64,000 nt of DNA from a virus (taxonomy: Duplodnaviria; Caudoviricetes), in the IMG/VR virus record IMGVR_UViG_3300011217_000001, positions 128,001 to 192,000 of that record. One strand, given 5' to 3'. Positions 24,904 through 33,712 of the stretch are shown here, one piece after another. The stretch's first letter is position 1, and each line of letters begins with the position of its first letter. Below the pieces are notes generated by a model. That model searched no databases. It was not told the DNA's origin and worked only from the letters and a program-made list of their open reading frames with translations. The translations under genes and the position numbers were made by a program.

Positions 24904-25944
24904 TTAGAAAGCGATCTCCGAAAGCTTCTGCTTCAGATTGCCGCTGGAGGTGTAGGTCTGCCCTGCCAGGTCGGTGAGGACCAGCGGGATATCCTTCAGC
25001 TCGCTGTTGGCATTGCGCAGACGCTTGCACAGATCACCGATGGTGGAACCTTCCGGCATCTTCTGGATCCACTGCTTCACGCCAGAGCGCATGCTCGGAC
25101 GTTCACGGAAGACCACACGCAGCCCATCGACCTTGTAGATCTCTTCTTCCAACTGACGCAGGGTCAGACCGTTGGAGGACTGGGAGACCTTCTTGGCAGC
25201 TGCGCCCTTGGTGATGAAGGTCAGCTTGAAGCCCAGGTTCTTGGCGATTTCCTGGGCACGACGACGACCGCCCGATGCAACGGTCTGGGTGACGCTGACC
25301 GGCTTCTGCAGAGCGAAGTAGTGCTTGATCATCGCAGCCTTGCCGATGCCCAGCTTTTCAGCGAAGTCGCTGATCGCGGCGCGCGGGGAGATGGTGATCG
25401 GGGTCAGTTCCTTGGCTTCAGCAGCCGGCTTCTTGGTACGGCGGTTGCGGGTAGCCTTGGAGAAGGCATCAACCAACTTGCCAGCTTCATGAACAGCGGG
25501 CTTGACGTGGGTGACCTTGAAGCCTTCGACCTTGCCGATAGCGTTGAGCACCTTGACGATGTTCTTCACTTCCTTGATCTTGACCGTACCGGTGACGGTC
25601 GTACCGTGACGGAACAGGCGGCTCACCAGACCACTCGGACGCATGCCCAGGATCTTCGCCAGTTCGGCGATCGTGGTGTCGTCGATGACGGTGACTTCCT
25701 GGACGAGCTTGATGTCCTTCGCCTTCGGGGCGGTGAACCCCTTACCGAGGACGACCGAGCCCTTGTTGATTTCCCGCTTGAGCTTTGCCAGTTCCTGACG
25801 CAGCTTGAGCGGAACTTCCCTGCCGGCTTCCTTCAACTTCTTGGAACGCAGGGCGAGCTTCTTACGACGGGCAACCAGCTCGTAGTACTCGGCGGTATCA
25901 TTGACGGTCTTGACATTCTTCTTTTCAACAGCTTTCTTGTTCAT
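24904..25944 (-). CDS. Highly basic protein with two IF2 N-terminal (IF2_N)-like repeats
   Basis: EVTVIDDTTIAELAKILGMRPSGLVSRLF and PITISPRAAISDFAEKLGIGKAAMIKHYF..VSVTQTV..AQEIAKNLGFK; start MNKKAV with GGAG RBS. Confidence 0.7.
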   Translation of the reverse strand: MNKKAVEKKNVKTVNDTAEYYELVARRKKLALRSKKLKEAGREVPLKLRQELAKLKREINKGSVVLGKGFTAPKAKDIKLVQEVTVIDDTTIAELAKILGMRPSGLVSRLFRHGTTVTGTVKIKEVKNIVKVLNAIGKVEGFKVTHVKPAVHEAGKLVDAFSKATRNRRTKKPAAEAKELTPITISPRAAISDFAEKLGIGKAAMIKHYFALQKPVSVTQTVASGGRRRAQEIAKNLGFKLTFITKGAAAKKVSQSSNGLTLRQLEEEIYKVDGLRVVFRERPSMRSGVKQWIQKMPEGSTIGDLCKRLRNANSELKDIPLVLTDLAGQTYTSSGNLKQKLSEIAF

Positions 25945-26018
25945 TCTTGTTACTCCATTTATTGGAAGGGAAATAAAAGAGCCGCCGAAATGACGGCTCA
26001 GTTTGTTGCATGCTGCGG

Positions 26019-26225
26019 TTAGCGACGCGCCATATAGCGGTCGGCAAGCACAGCGGCACCGACTACGACGACGCAGAAGGCCATTGCTCCTCCGACGACG
26101 AGCTGGGTGTCTTTCTCCTTGGCCGTTTCGACGATGGCCGAACCAAGGCGCTTGATGAAGGGCTTCTTCGCCGGGGTGATGCGACGACGAGCGACGTTGG
26201 TGTTGTTTGCTTTGGGCTTTGCCAT
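26019..26225 (-). CDS. Small basic protein with C-terminal TM
   Basis: 68 aa; GGAG RBS; first gene after promoter. Confidence 0.7.
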   Translation of the reverse strand: MAKPKANNTNVARRRITPAKKPFIKRLGSAIVETAKEKDTQLVVGGAMAFCVVVVGAAVLADRYMARR

Positions 26226-26275
26226 GGTGTTTCTCCATTTGAGTGATAAGGGATGAGGTCTTTTGAATGGAACCT

Positions 26276-26311
26276 CACAGGAGTTATATAGGGTTGAAAA
26301 TCAATGGAATC
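26276..26311 (-). promoter_or_regulatory. Putative phage early promoter
   Basis: GATTCCATTGATTTTCAACCCTATATAACTCCTGTG. Confidence 0.65.
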
Positions 26312-26321
26312 GACATTTTGC

Positions 26322-26361
26322 GGCATAGAGGAGAGGGGCGACCCTCTCCTCCATTTATGCC
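26322..26361. terminator. Hairpin flanked by TATGCC on both strands
   Basis: GAGGAGAGGG-gcga-CCCTCTCCTC. Confidence 0.7.
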
Positions 26362-26363
26362 CT

Positions 26364-26798
26364 TCAGGGCTTGCGTACCTCGATCAGGTGCGGTGCCAGG
26401 TAGAGATGGCACAAGTGATTCACCACCTCGTAGTCGGTGTCCACGTTGGCCTTGTCGTGCAGGTAGCGCGATGTCCGCAGGACCAGTTCCTTGGTGGTCT
26501 CATCATCCACCAGCAGAACGATGTTGCCAGCACGCTGATCGGGGAACAGGCCATGGTCCGTACCGTCGGCCTTGGAGACATTCTCCAGCTCATCCTTCAT
26601 GAGCCACGGGAACGTCTTGACGAACAGCTGTGGCCTTGTCAAGACGAACCACAACAGACGCAGGTGGTTGATCCGATTGGACGTGTCCATCGGTTCTTCC
26701 TTGGGCGCGATGAACACCTTGAAGAACACGAACAGACCGATGCCGGTGAAGAACAGGCCGGCGAGCGCCAGTACCATCTTGAACAGGCCGAAGAACAT
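26364..26798 (-). CDS. Hypothetical membrane protein
   Basis: N-terminal TM. Confidence 0.7.
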   Translation of the reverse strand: MFFGLFKMVLALAGLFFTGIGLFVFFKVFIAPKEEPMDTSNRINHLRLLWFVLTRPQLFVKTFPWLMKDELENVSKADGTDHGLFPDQRAGNIVLLVDDETTKELVLRTSRYLHDKANVDTDYEVVNHLCHLYLAPHLIEVRKP

Positions 26799-27226
26799 CA
26801 GGCTTCCTTGGTTTCGGAGGGAATGGATTCCAGCAGACGCAGCAGGTCGGCATGGAACTCCGGATCAGCCGCTGCACGTTCTGCTGCAACTTCAGCCAGC
26901 TTGGTGTAGCCCAGTTCGGAGATCAGAGCGTCGTGGTTCTCCAGCTCCTTCAGGCGCTTGTGCATGAACTCCATGTAGGTGTTCAGGTGGTAGGAGCAGG
27001 CGTAGATGTCCCAGCGGTTGTTGCCGCGATAGATCGGCCAGAACCAGACCACTGCCGGATAACCGAAGCGTACGACGCCGGTGTATTTCAGCTTGGCGCC
27101 AGAGTCACGCAAGCCGCTCTGCTTGAGCGCCTGCTGCTTGGCTTCTTCGTACCCTTCGGCACTGCGGACCAGATAGCGACCTTCACCGAGGTAGCTGCAC
27201 TGGCGCTTGTTGGTTCCGGCGTTCAT
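26798..27226 (-). CDS. Hypothetical protein
   Basis: 142 aa, coupled. Confidence 0.7.
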   Translation of the reverse strand: MNAGTNKRQCSYLGEGRYLVRSAEGYEEAKQQALKQSGLRDSGAKLKYTGVVRFGYPAVVWFWPIYRGNNRWDIYACSYHLNTYMEFMHKRLKELENHDALISELGYTKLAEVAAERAAADPEFHADLLRLLESIPSETKEA

Positions 27227-27654
27227 GCCTGCTCCCCTGCGGATTTGATTTCGACCCCGGTATCGGGTGGTTGTACAACGCGGATGACCTCGAATGCCTT
27301 GCCGAGATCGCCGAGTGGCTGTTGGTCGTCGGACTCCAGCGGCGGAGACGGCGGCTCGCCGCAGAAGCCACCTTCGATCCAGTCCTTCATGGCTGGGAAG
27401 GTGTAAACGTCACCTTCGCCATTGCGGCACTTGTCGCGATAGCACATCACGTCGCGATAGCCGTTCTCCAGAATGACTGGACCTTCGAAGAGTTCGTCGT
27501 GGTCGGGCAGCTTCATCGTGGACTGCGCCCAGCTCCACGCGCCCAGGTAGGACTTGCTGCTCATCAGTCGCTGATGCAGGATCATGACAAACTGCTTAGC
27601 CTGCCAACCATGCTCGAAAGTCTTGAGTAGTACGAAGTGTTTCAACATTGCCAT
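27223..27654 (-). CDS. Hypothetical protein
   Basis: Start MAMLKH. Confidence 0.65.
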   Translation of the reverse strand: MAMLKHFVLLKTFEHGWQAKQFVMILHQRLMSSKSYLGAWSWAQSTMKLPDHDELFEGPVILENGYRDVMCYRDKCRNGEGDVYTFPAMKDWIEGGFCGEPPSPPLESDDQQPLGDLGKAFEVIRVVQPPDTGVEIKSAGEQA

Positions 27655-27712
27655 GATCCTGGTTAGCTGCGTAAATGGGCGTAAGCGCCCCATATAGTGG
27701 GCAGAAAACCGG

Positions 27713-27757
27713 AAAAAAAAAAAAAAAGACATAGAGGGAGGGGCCGAAGCCCCTCCC
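27713..27757 (-). terminator. Hairpin + TATGTC + T15 tract
   Basis: GGGAGGGGC-TTCG-GCCCCTCCC-TCTATGTC-T15. Confidence 0.75.
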
Positions 27758-27763
27758 GTCCAC

Positions 27764-28471
27764 TTAGTGCAGCACGATGTACGTGGTGCCCTTCGGATAG
27801 ATCACCTGCAGCTGACCGATCAACCCACGGATTGCTTCTTCCGGATCACGGATCGACCTGGGCGGCTTGCGCATGTCGATGATCAGGAACTTGGGATTGA
27901 ACTTGAAGCCCTTCGGGAAGATCGGCGAAAGGTAGACCTCAGACTTGGTGAGTCCCGCGTCCTTCACCACGTCCTGCACGAGATCGAAATCGACATTGGT
28001 GGTGACGGAGAACACCGCTTCGTTGGTGAAGATCGAAGCCAAGGTGTGCAGTGCGTTTTCCGGCACGTTGCGGAAATCGTGACGCTCCCAGTCCGGAGTC
28101 ATCTTCAGCTTGGAGAGCTTCTGGAAGAACTCGTGCTTGCCCACCACGTCGGTGACGTGAGCCATCTTGGTGGTGAGCAAGGAGATGCCGCCGTCGATCA
28201 ACATCAACCGCGGACGATCCTTTTCCTGCGGCTTGGGGTAGATGCTCAGGGTCATCCACTCGTCGTCGCGGGTCAGGATACGCATCTGCAGATCCATCGC
28301 CGTCACCATGCGGGTCAGGCATTCGAGGTTCTTGGTGTGGGCCAAGTACTCGAATTCGCGCTCGCCCATCGACAGGCGCTGCCAGAAGATGCCCGCTTCC
28401 ACGCCCAGGGTGAAGGCTTCGTCCTGGATAGGGAAGGAGACCAGCAGCGCGTAGTCGGTCGAGCCGGTCAT
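27764..28471 (-). CDS. Hypothetical two-domain protein
   Basis: 235 aa, ATGA-coupled. Confidence 0.75.
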   Translation of the reverse strand: MTGSTDYALLVSFPIQDEAFTLGVEAGIFWQRLSMGEREFEYLAHTKNLECLTRMVTAMDLQMRILTRDDEWMTLSIYPKPQEKDRPRLMLIDGGISLLTTKMAHVTDVVGKHEFFQKLSKLKMTPDWERHDFRNVPENALHTLASIFTNEAVFSVTTNVDFDLVQDVVKDAGLTKSEVYLSPIFPKGFKFNPKFLIIDMRKPPRSIRDPEEAIRGLIGQLQVIYPKGTTYIVLH

Positions 28472-29664
28472 GCCTTACCCCCGATCAACTTGTTGGCTGC
28501 CGCTGCGACCATCTGGTGCAGTCGCTCCAACGCCTCGTCCTTGTAGATGATGGAAACTTCACCCCGCGAGACCGTCAGGGTCGGAGTAGCGCGGCCCACC
28601 TCATCGACACTGGCGATACTTTCTTCGAGCTTGTCGAGGATAGCTTCCACGATATGGGGCGGGAAGAACGTGCGCATGGAATCCAGTGCACGAGTGAAAC
28701 GATCCTGGCGAGAGTTCTCACTCTGTACCGCCACGCGGCCGTCTGCGAATCTGAAGACCGTATAGTAGAAGGTTTCACCCTTCAGGAGTTCGTCCACGTA
28801 CGTGACGACGAGCTGCCAGTTGCCGTTGATGCGGCGACCATCGAGAGAGACCTTGACCGTGTTCCCGAACTTCTTGGTGAAGTGCGTGACGAGATAACTC
28901 AGGAACACGACGTCATTGGGAGCGGTGCCCATTTCGGATACCAGACCGTAGGCGCTCTTGATGGCATCTGCGATGTACTTGTCCACGCTGCGGTGGTAGC
29001 ACTCCAACCGCCGGAAGATGTAGCTTTGAGCCTTCTCGCCGAACACCTCGTTGGCTTCAGTGGTGAAGGTCCAGTATTCGTTTTCGAAGCTGCCAGTGAC
29101 CTTGACGTGGATGTCGAAGTCGCGGGCAATCGCACTGGAGATCTTTTCCGGCATCGTCGTACCGGCCGCGATGTCCAGGAGCACGCCGGCCTTCTCGGCT
29201 TCAGCGATGACGTCGACAATGATGTCTTCGACGCTAGCGCGGTTGGCGTACTGGGCCTGCTTGACCGTGAACAGCTTTCCGGTCTCGTGGAAGACGAAAC
29301 CATGGCGCCGCAGGCGCTGATCCAGGACCGCGCGATATTCGACCATGGCGGGGATCTGGTCCGCGATGTCTTCGATCTCGTTGCCCTGGAGCAACTTGAA
29401 GTCTTCGTGGTCTTCGGCCTCGCGATAGAACTCACGCAGCTTCTCAGTGCGATCATGGAGCTGAGCGCGCTCACCGATCAGACGTTCGACGTGCGGCTCG
29501 ATGTTGGCCGGGATATTGCCGATGGCGATGTAGGCCTGCTCGAAGGTTTCCTTCGGTGACCACGAGGTGTAGCCATCGGCGTACTTGACTGCGTAGCCGG
29601 GCTTGCCGTCCTTCTCCTGTTCCCAGGCGAGGATGATCTTGGTTCCAACGTAATGCTGCGTCAT
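28468..29664 (-). CDS. Multidomain phage protein: YxGTK...GYxSWSP domain + crAss001_48-like helical hairpin + unknown C-terminus
   Basis: HYVGTKII..GYAVKYADGYTSWSPKETFEQAY; ERLIGERAQL..KLREF...Q..AM.EY..VL..RL. Confidence 0.75.
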   Translation of the reverse strand: MTQHYVGTKIILAWEQEKDGKPGYAVKYADGYTSWSPKETFEQAYIAIGNIPANIEPHVERLIGERAQLHDRTEKLREFYREAEDHEDFKLLQGNEIEDIADQIPAMVEYRAVLDQRLRRHGFVFHETGKLFTVKQAQYANRASVEDIIVDVIAEAEKAGVLLDIAAGTTMPEKISSAIARDFDIHVKVTGSFENEYWTFTTEANEVFGEKAQSYIFRRLECYHRSVDKYIADAIKSAYGLVSEMGTAPNDVVFLSYLVTHFTKKFGNTVKVSLDGRRINGNWQLVVTYVDELLKGETFYYTVFRFADGRVAVQSENSRQDRFTRALDSMRTFFPPHIVEAILDKLEESIASVDEVGRATPTLTVSRGEVSIIYKDEALERLHQMVAAAANKLIGGKA

Positions 29665-29792
29665 TTCTTGTTCTCACGGTTCTTGTAAACGTAGCGGGCG
29701 GCGCTGATCAGATTGGGCAAAACCCATCCAACCACGATGACGGCATAAATCACTTGTGATGCAATGAAAGCTTGATGCGGTGTCACGTCCAT
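29661..29792 (-). CDS. Small single-TM protein (43 aa)
   Basis: Read manually; TGA overlaps next ATG. Confidence 0.5.
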   Translation of the reverse strand: MDVTPHQAFIASQVIYAVIVVGWVLPNLISAARYVYKNRENKK

Positions 29793-29843
29793 CTCCCTTT
29801 CGGTATAAAGCCCCCACCTTTCGGCGGGGGCAATCATTACTAC

Positions 29844-30599
29844 TTACACTTGGTCAAGGCAGCGGACCATGGCTTCCTTGATTCTCTTCAGCACTTCTTC
29901 TGGGGGGCGTTTGTCGATGTGCTTTACTTCGCACCAGATTTCGACAAGGGCATCGAGACCGGGATCGAATGCTGCGGTGTCATCCCGCAGTCCGAACAGT
30001 TTCTTGCGCATTGCCTTGTCAGGAGTCGTTTCCTTGACCAGCTCAAGCCACATCTCCCGACTGGCGCGCGGCACCAATCCAGTCAGCGCCTTGGACGCTT
30101 TGGAGAATGCATTGCGGATCAGGATGCCGTTATTTACCGGTGCGGACGGGAAGTCGTAGCTGTGCACCGAAAAACGGCCAGTGGCCGGCACGAACACGCC
30201 GCTCCTTACCTGCAGATGAATGGACTTATAGATCCCGGGATCGGGGTAGAAAACAGATACCGGTCGCGGGACTGACATCGGGTACGGTCGGAGATCGGAG
30301 AAGCGATTGGGGGAACGACCATACTCGACAATCATGCCAGGCAGGATCTCGTACACCCTACGGGAGGTCGCCACGTACCCCAGCAGGAAGTGCTTGTATC
30401 GCGCTATGTCGAATCCGACCTGCACTCGCTCGTCGGTCAGGGGGAGTGTGGTCAGTCTCAGTGACATGACTTGATCTCCAAAGGAGAGGTTTGTCATCAT
30501 CCACTTGTGCATTTCCTGGATGTCAATCTTTTCATTGACAGACTCCGTCAGAACGAGGAGGTCTTCCAGGTTACGCGACTTTTCCAAATTCAGCGACAT
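29844..30599 (-). CDS. Hypothetical protein
   Basis: 251 aa ORF. Confidence 0.7.
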   Translation of the reverse strand: MSLNLEKSRNLEDLLVLTESVNEKIDIQEMHKWMMTNLSFGDQVMSLRLTTLPLTDERVQVGFDIARYKHFLLGYVATSRRVYEILPGMIVEYGRSPNRFSDLRPYPMSVPRPVSVFYPDPGIYKSIHLQVRSGVFVPATGRFSVHSYDFPSAPVNNGILIRNAFSKASKALTGLVPRASREMWLELVKETTPDKAMRKKLFGLRDDTAAFDPGLDALVEIWCEVKHIDKRPPEEVLKRIKEAMVRCLDQV

Positions 30600-30707
30600 T
30601 CTCTTTACCTTTTAGTGCGACGATGAACCCTTGCGATTGGACCAATGTCCGGTTGCCTCGGGCGGAACCCCACCTACCCTCGTCGATAGATAGGTGGGGC
30701 TTTGAAA

Positions 30708-31151
30708 CTAGGTTGCTGGTTGCTCGGTAGTACGGGTGGAAAGCACATGGGAATGTGCCAAGAAAAGCGAGGCTCCGAGGTCGCTCTCATGGAGTCGGGC
30801 CTGCTGAAGCATGTCGATCAGCTTCTGGTCGGGTTCGGCCTTCTTCTGCTCCAGCTCCATGAGGTCAGTGAGGATGCTCAGTCGATACTGAGAATCCGTC
30901 GAGGCCGACAGAAGAACTCCTTCGAGCGGAAGGAAGATCGGCTTGATGTTGTGCGGCCAACGTGGCTCGCGCTCCTCTTGCAACTCGGCCAGATTTGTCG
31001 CCACTTCTTTCGGAAAAGGAACATCATCACGGCTGTCCTGGAGAATCTCATCCATGGACTGCATGAGGTCTTTCAGGTACTTCCGGTTGCGGAAGGCCAC
31101 CAAAACAATGATGACCATCAACCCAACTGCAATGTATGCTGCAATTTCCAT
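30708..31151 (-). CDS. Hypothetical membrane-anchored protein
   Basis: N-terminal TM MEIAAYIAVGLMVIIVLVAF. Confidence 0.7.
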   Translation of the reverse strand: MEIAAYIAVGLMVIIVLVAFRNRKYLKDLMQSMDEILQDSRDDVPFPKEVATNLAELQEEREPRWPHNIKPIFLPLEGVLLSASTDSQYRLSILTDLMELEQKKAEPDQKLIDMLQQARLHESDLGASLFLAHSHVLSTRTTEQPAT

Positions 31152-31171
31152 GTCCCTCTCCCTACATGTGG

Positions 31172-31411
31172 TTAGCCTGGCAGTTTGACTGAGGCTCCAT
31201 AATGGACAACCCAAGCAGTCAAAAACTGCAAGCGTTTCTCCTCAGCGACGATCTGTTCCCTCACCCACTCTTGTTGGATGGGGTCCATCTCCTCGTAGGA
31301 AGAGGATGCCATGTAGGTTTTTAGGTACTGCAGGAAGTGCTTGGCCCGAATGTACTCAGACTGCTGTCGATCGCGGAATTCGATCTCCTGCCAGGTGTTA
31401 GGCTGCTTCAT
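31172..31411 (-). CDS. Small crAss001_48-like helical hairpin protein (divergent)
   Basis: FRDRQQSEY......LKTYMASSSYEEMDPIQQEWVREQ pattern. Confidence 0.55.
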   Translation of the reverse strand: MKQPNTWQEIEFRDRQQSEYIRAKHFLQYLKTYMASSSYEEMDPIQQEWVREQIVAEEKRLQFLTAWVVHYGASVKLPG

Positions 31412-31553
31412 CGTCCTTATCCTTCCGCTTGAACTTGGACTTGATCCACGCCCAGATCTCTTCCTGGTTACCCAGTACAAAGACCATGACCGACATGACC
31501 ACGACAAAGGTCGCTATCGCAAGCCACGACTCCTGGTCAGTTGCAATCGCCAT
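31398..31553 (-). CDS. Small single-TM protein (51 aa)
   Basis: Read manually, MAIATDQESWLAIATFVVV... Confidence 0.55.
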   Translation of the reverse strand: MAIATDQESWLAIATFVVVMSVMVFVLGNQEEIWAWIKSKFKRKDKDDEAA

Positions 31554-31564
31554 ACACTCGTTAC

Positions 31565-32152
31565 TCATACACCTACCAAGATGACCAAGGGCTGAGGGGC
31601 TGCGCAGTTGACCGCATAGCGCAGGATGGCTGGGATGAACGTGGGCAGTGCCTCCATGTCCCCATTGCGCTGATAACGTGTGGAGATCAACAGCACATCA
31701 TCCACAAACACGCGGCGGATCCCCTCATCACCTGCGGAGTGGATCTCATAGCGCTTAGGGTTGAGGATTGCAGGCGGCAACGGCGGCAGCTTGCGATAGA
31801 TCTTCTCCATGAACTCATCAGCGTCCAGGATCGTGATGTCATTATCGCTCTGGCCATTCTCCACCAACAGAGTAGCCATCTTGTTACGACACGGTACAGA
31901 GGAGACGATGATCATGTCCCCCGGTCGAGCAAGCTTAGCAATGGCGCTGCTCCTACCTGTGCTCTTGGGTCCACCATAGCGCACGGTACGATAGGAGTAG
32001 AAGTCCAGGGTGCCAGTGATGCGATGCTCAATGATCCCAGCCTTGGCATAACTCGCATGTACACTCAAGGTTGCCTCGATCTGCCGTTTCAACAAGGCAG
32101 TGGTATCGATGCGCTCCTTGGGTGATGTCGCATGCGGTCCGTACTTTTCCAT
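31565..32152 (-). CDS. Degenerate P-loop NTPase-like protein
   Basis: GGPKSTGRS (Walker A-like, K to R) and VFVDD (Walker B-like). Confidence 0.55.
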   Translation of the reverse strand: MEKYGPHATSPKERIDTTALLKRQIEATLSVHASYAKAGIIEHRITGTLDFYSYRTVRYGGPKSTGRSSAIAKLARPGDMIIVSSVPCRNKMATLLVENGQSDNDITILDADEFMEKIYRKLPPLPPAILNPKRYEIHSAGDEGIRRVFVDDVLLISTRYQRNGDMEALPTFIPAILRYAVNCAAPQPLVILVGV

Positions 32153-32284
32153 TCTCAGTTCCTGAAGGGCAAAAGATAAAAGGAAGGGGAGGCTACGCCT
32201 CCCCTAATATTTAAGGCATAACGCTACGCGTAAGAGCGGTCTTTGCTTTCACCTATTTCATAGCGCGGGGCTGTCAGCTTTTAC

Positions 32285-32947
32285 TCAGTGCTGACGCTTA
32301 CTGCTGGCTTCGTAGAGAGCGGCAATGTTGATGTCCGCAATACTCTGGAACATGGACGCCCTGCTCTTGCTGAAGTCCACGATACCATCGAGGGGGTGGA
32401 AAGCCTCCGGCAGAAGGGCGATGACGTAGCGTCCTTCCAGCGCCAGCTCCGCCTGCTCTTCGACGGTGATGTACTCACTGGCCAGCAACACACAGAGACC
32501 TTCTACCTTGATGGTCGAATTGCAGGTATCGAACTCATCGCGTGCTTCGTACTCCGGGTAGCGCCTTGCGATCATGTCCTGTCGACGGTGATCACAGGAG
32601 CGATTGTTCTCCTCGAAGTCAAAGTGGATGTGTTCTTCAGTCGAGTCAAGCCTCCCGTACCCGAAGTCTTCAGTGATCGCGAAGCGACGACCATCAGGCA
32701 TCACCATGGTGCAGACAGCGACACTACGAATGCGAGTATCGTCACCTTCGCGAGTATCGATGACTACGACGTTGTACGCCGGCCCACCAGAGGCCACCAC
32801 TGTCCTGAGTTTTTCAATGAAAGCCGTGCGCTCTTCGGCAGTATCAAACCACTGATACTTGCTGCCGTTCAGCTCAGGCATCTGCGCCCAGAGCCAGCCG
32901 TCATTCAAGCAGGCGCCCCAGAACTTGACCATGTACTCGTTCTTCAT
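32285..32947 (-). CDS. Hypothetical protein, paralogue of 32956..33708
   Basis: Shared G.D.R.R...G.R....ED.GYG...CD motif. Confidence 0.75.
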   Translation of the reverse strand: MKNEYMVKFWGACLNDGWLWAQMPELNGSKYQWFDTAEERTAFIEKLRTVVASGGPAYNVVVIDTREGDDTRIRSVAVCTMVMPDGRRFAITEDFGYGRLDSTEEHIHFDFEENNRSCDHRRQDMIARRYPEYEARDEFDTCNSTIKVEGLCVLLASEYITVEEQAELALEGRYVIALLPEAFHPLDGIVDFSKSRASMFQSIADINIAALYEASSKRQH

Positions 32948-32955
32948 TACGTTTC

Positions 32956-33708
32956 TCAGTTCAACTTGGTGGAGGCGTCCGGCATGCTGCCAGCGATGTA
33001 TGCCTTGTAGGGTTTCTTGCCGGTGTACTCAGCAGCATCACCCATAGCTTCGCATAGGAAGCCCATCAGGAGCTTGCTGCGCTTATCCTCATCGCCTTCC
33101 CTGCAGGCGGTGTGATAGGCGCGACGGGCCTCTGAGGAGCTCTTGACACCACTACAGCAGCCGAAGTCAGGGCAGCACTCGCCTTCGGAGAGATTGGTCA
33201 GCTCTTCCATCGACTCAGCCGTGGAGGTGGCGTGGATGTCACGACCATTGATCCAGTGCTGGAGCTGTTCCTTGGAACTGATGTCAGCGCTTTCGATCAC
33301 GCGGGTGGAGACGACACTGATCATCTTGCCGCAGTCGTGATAGGGGAAGTTGGGACGGGTCTTGCGAATCAACATCGACAGCTCGCAATCACAGTCGGAA
33401 ACTTCCTCGCCCTCACGGATGACCTTGTACCCGTAGCCGAGATCCTCACGGACCTCATAACGAATCCCCTCAGCGTCCTGCAGGATCGACACACGCGTAC
33501 CACGCACACGCATGTCGGTGCCATGGCACTCGACCATGATAACCCCGGGAGTCACAGCCTGGACGGCGTTACGCAGCTTGTTGAGTTCCTCGCGGTCACG
33601 ACGCCAGTGATGCGCACCTTCGATGTTGGCGGCCTTGAGAATCATCTTCTCGCCAGCGGTAGCGCGGATGTTCAGGTAGAACTCGAAAGGTCCAACTTTG
33701 TAGCTCAT
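32956..33708 (-). CDS. Hypothetical Cys-rich protein with C-terminal ECCPDFGCC motif
   Basis: 250 aa. Confidence 0.75.
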   Translation of the reverse strand: MSYKVGPFEFYLNIRATAGEKMILKAANIEGAHHWRRDREELNKLRNAVQAVTPGVIMVECHGTDMRVRGTRVSILQDAEGIRYEVREDLGYGYKVIREGEEVSDCDCELSMLIRKTRPNFPYHDCGKMISVVSTRVIESADISSKEQLQHWINGRDIHATSTAESMEELTNLSEGECCPDFGCCSGVKSSSEARRAYHTACREGDEDKRSKLLMGFLCEAMGDAAEYTGKKPYKAYIAGSMPDASTKLN

Positions 33709-33712
33709 GGTG

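Noticed and set aside
27764-28471. Internal RPRLMLIDGG as a third ClpX-docking motif
   Set aside because: Internal rather than C-terminal and only partly matching; too weak.
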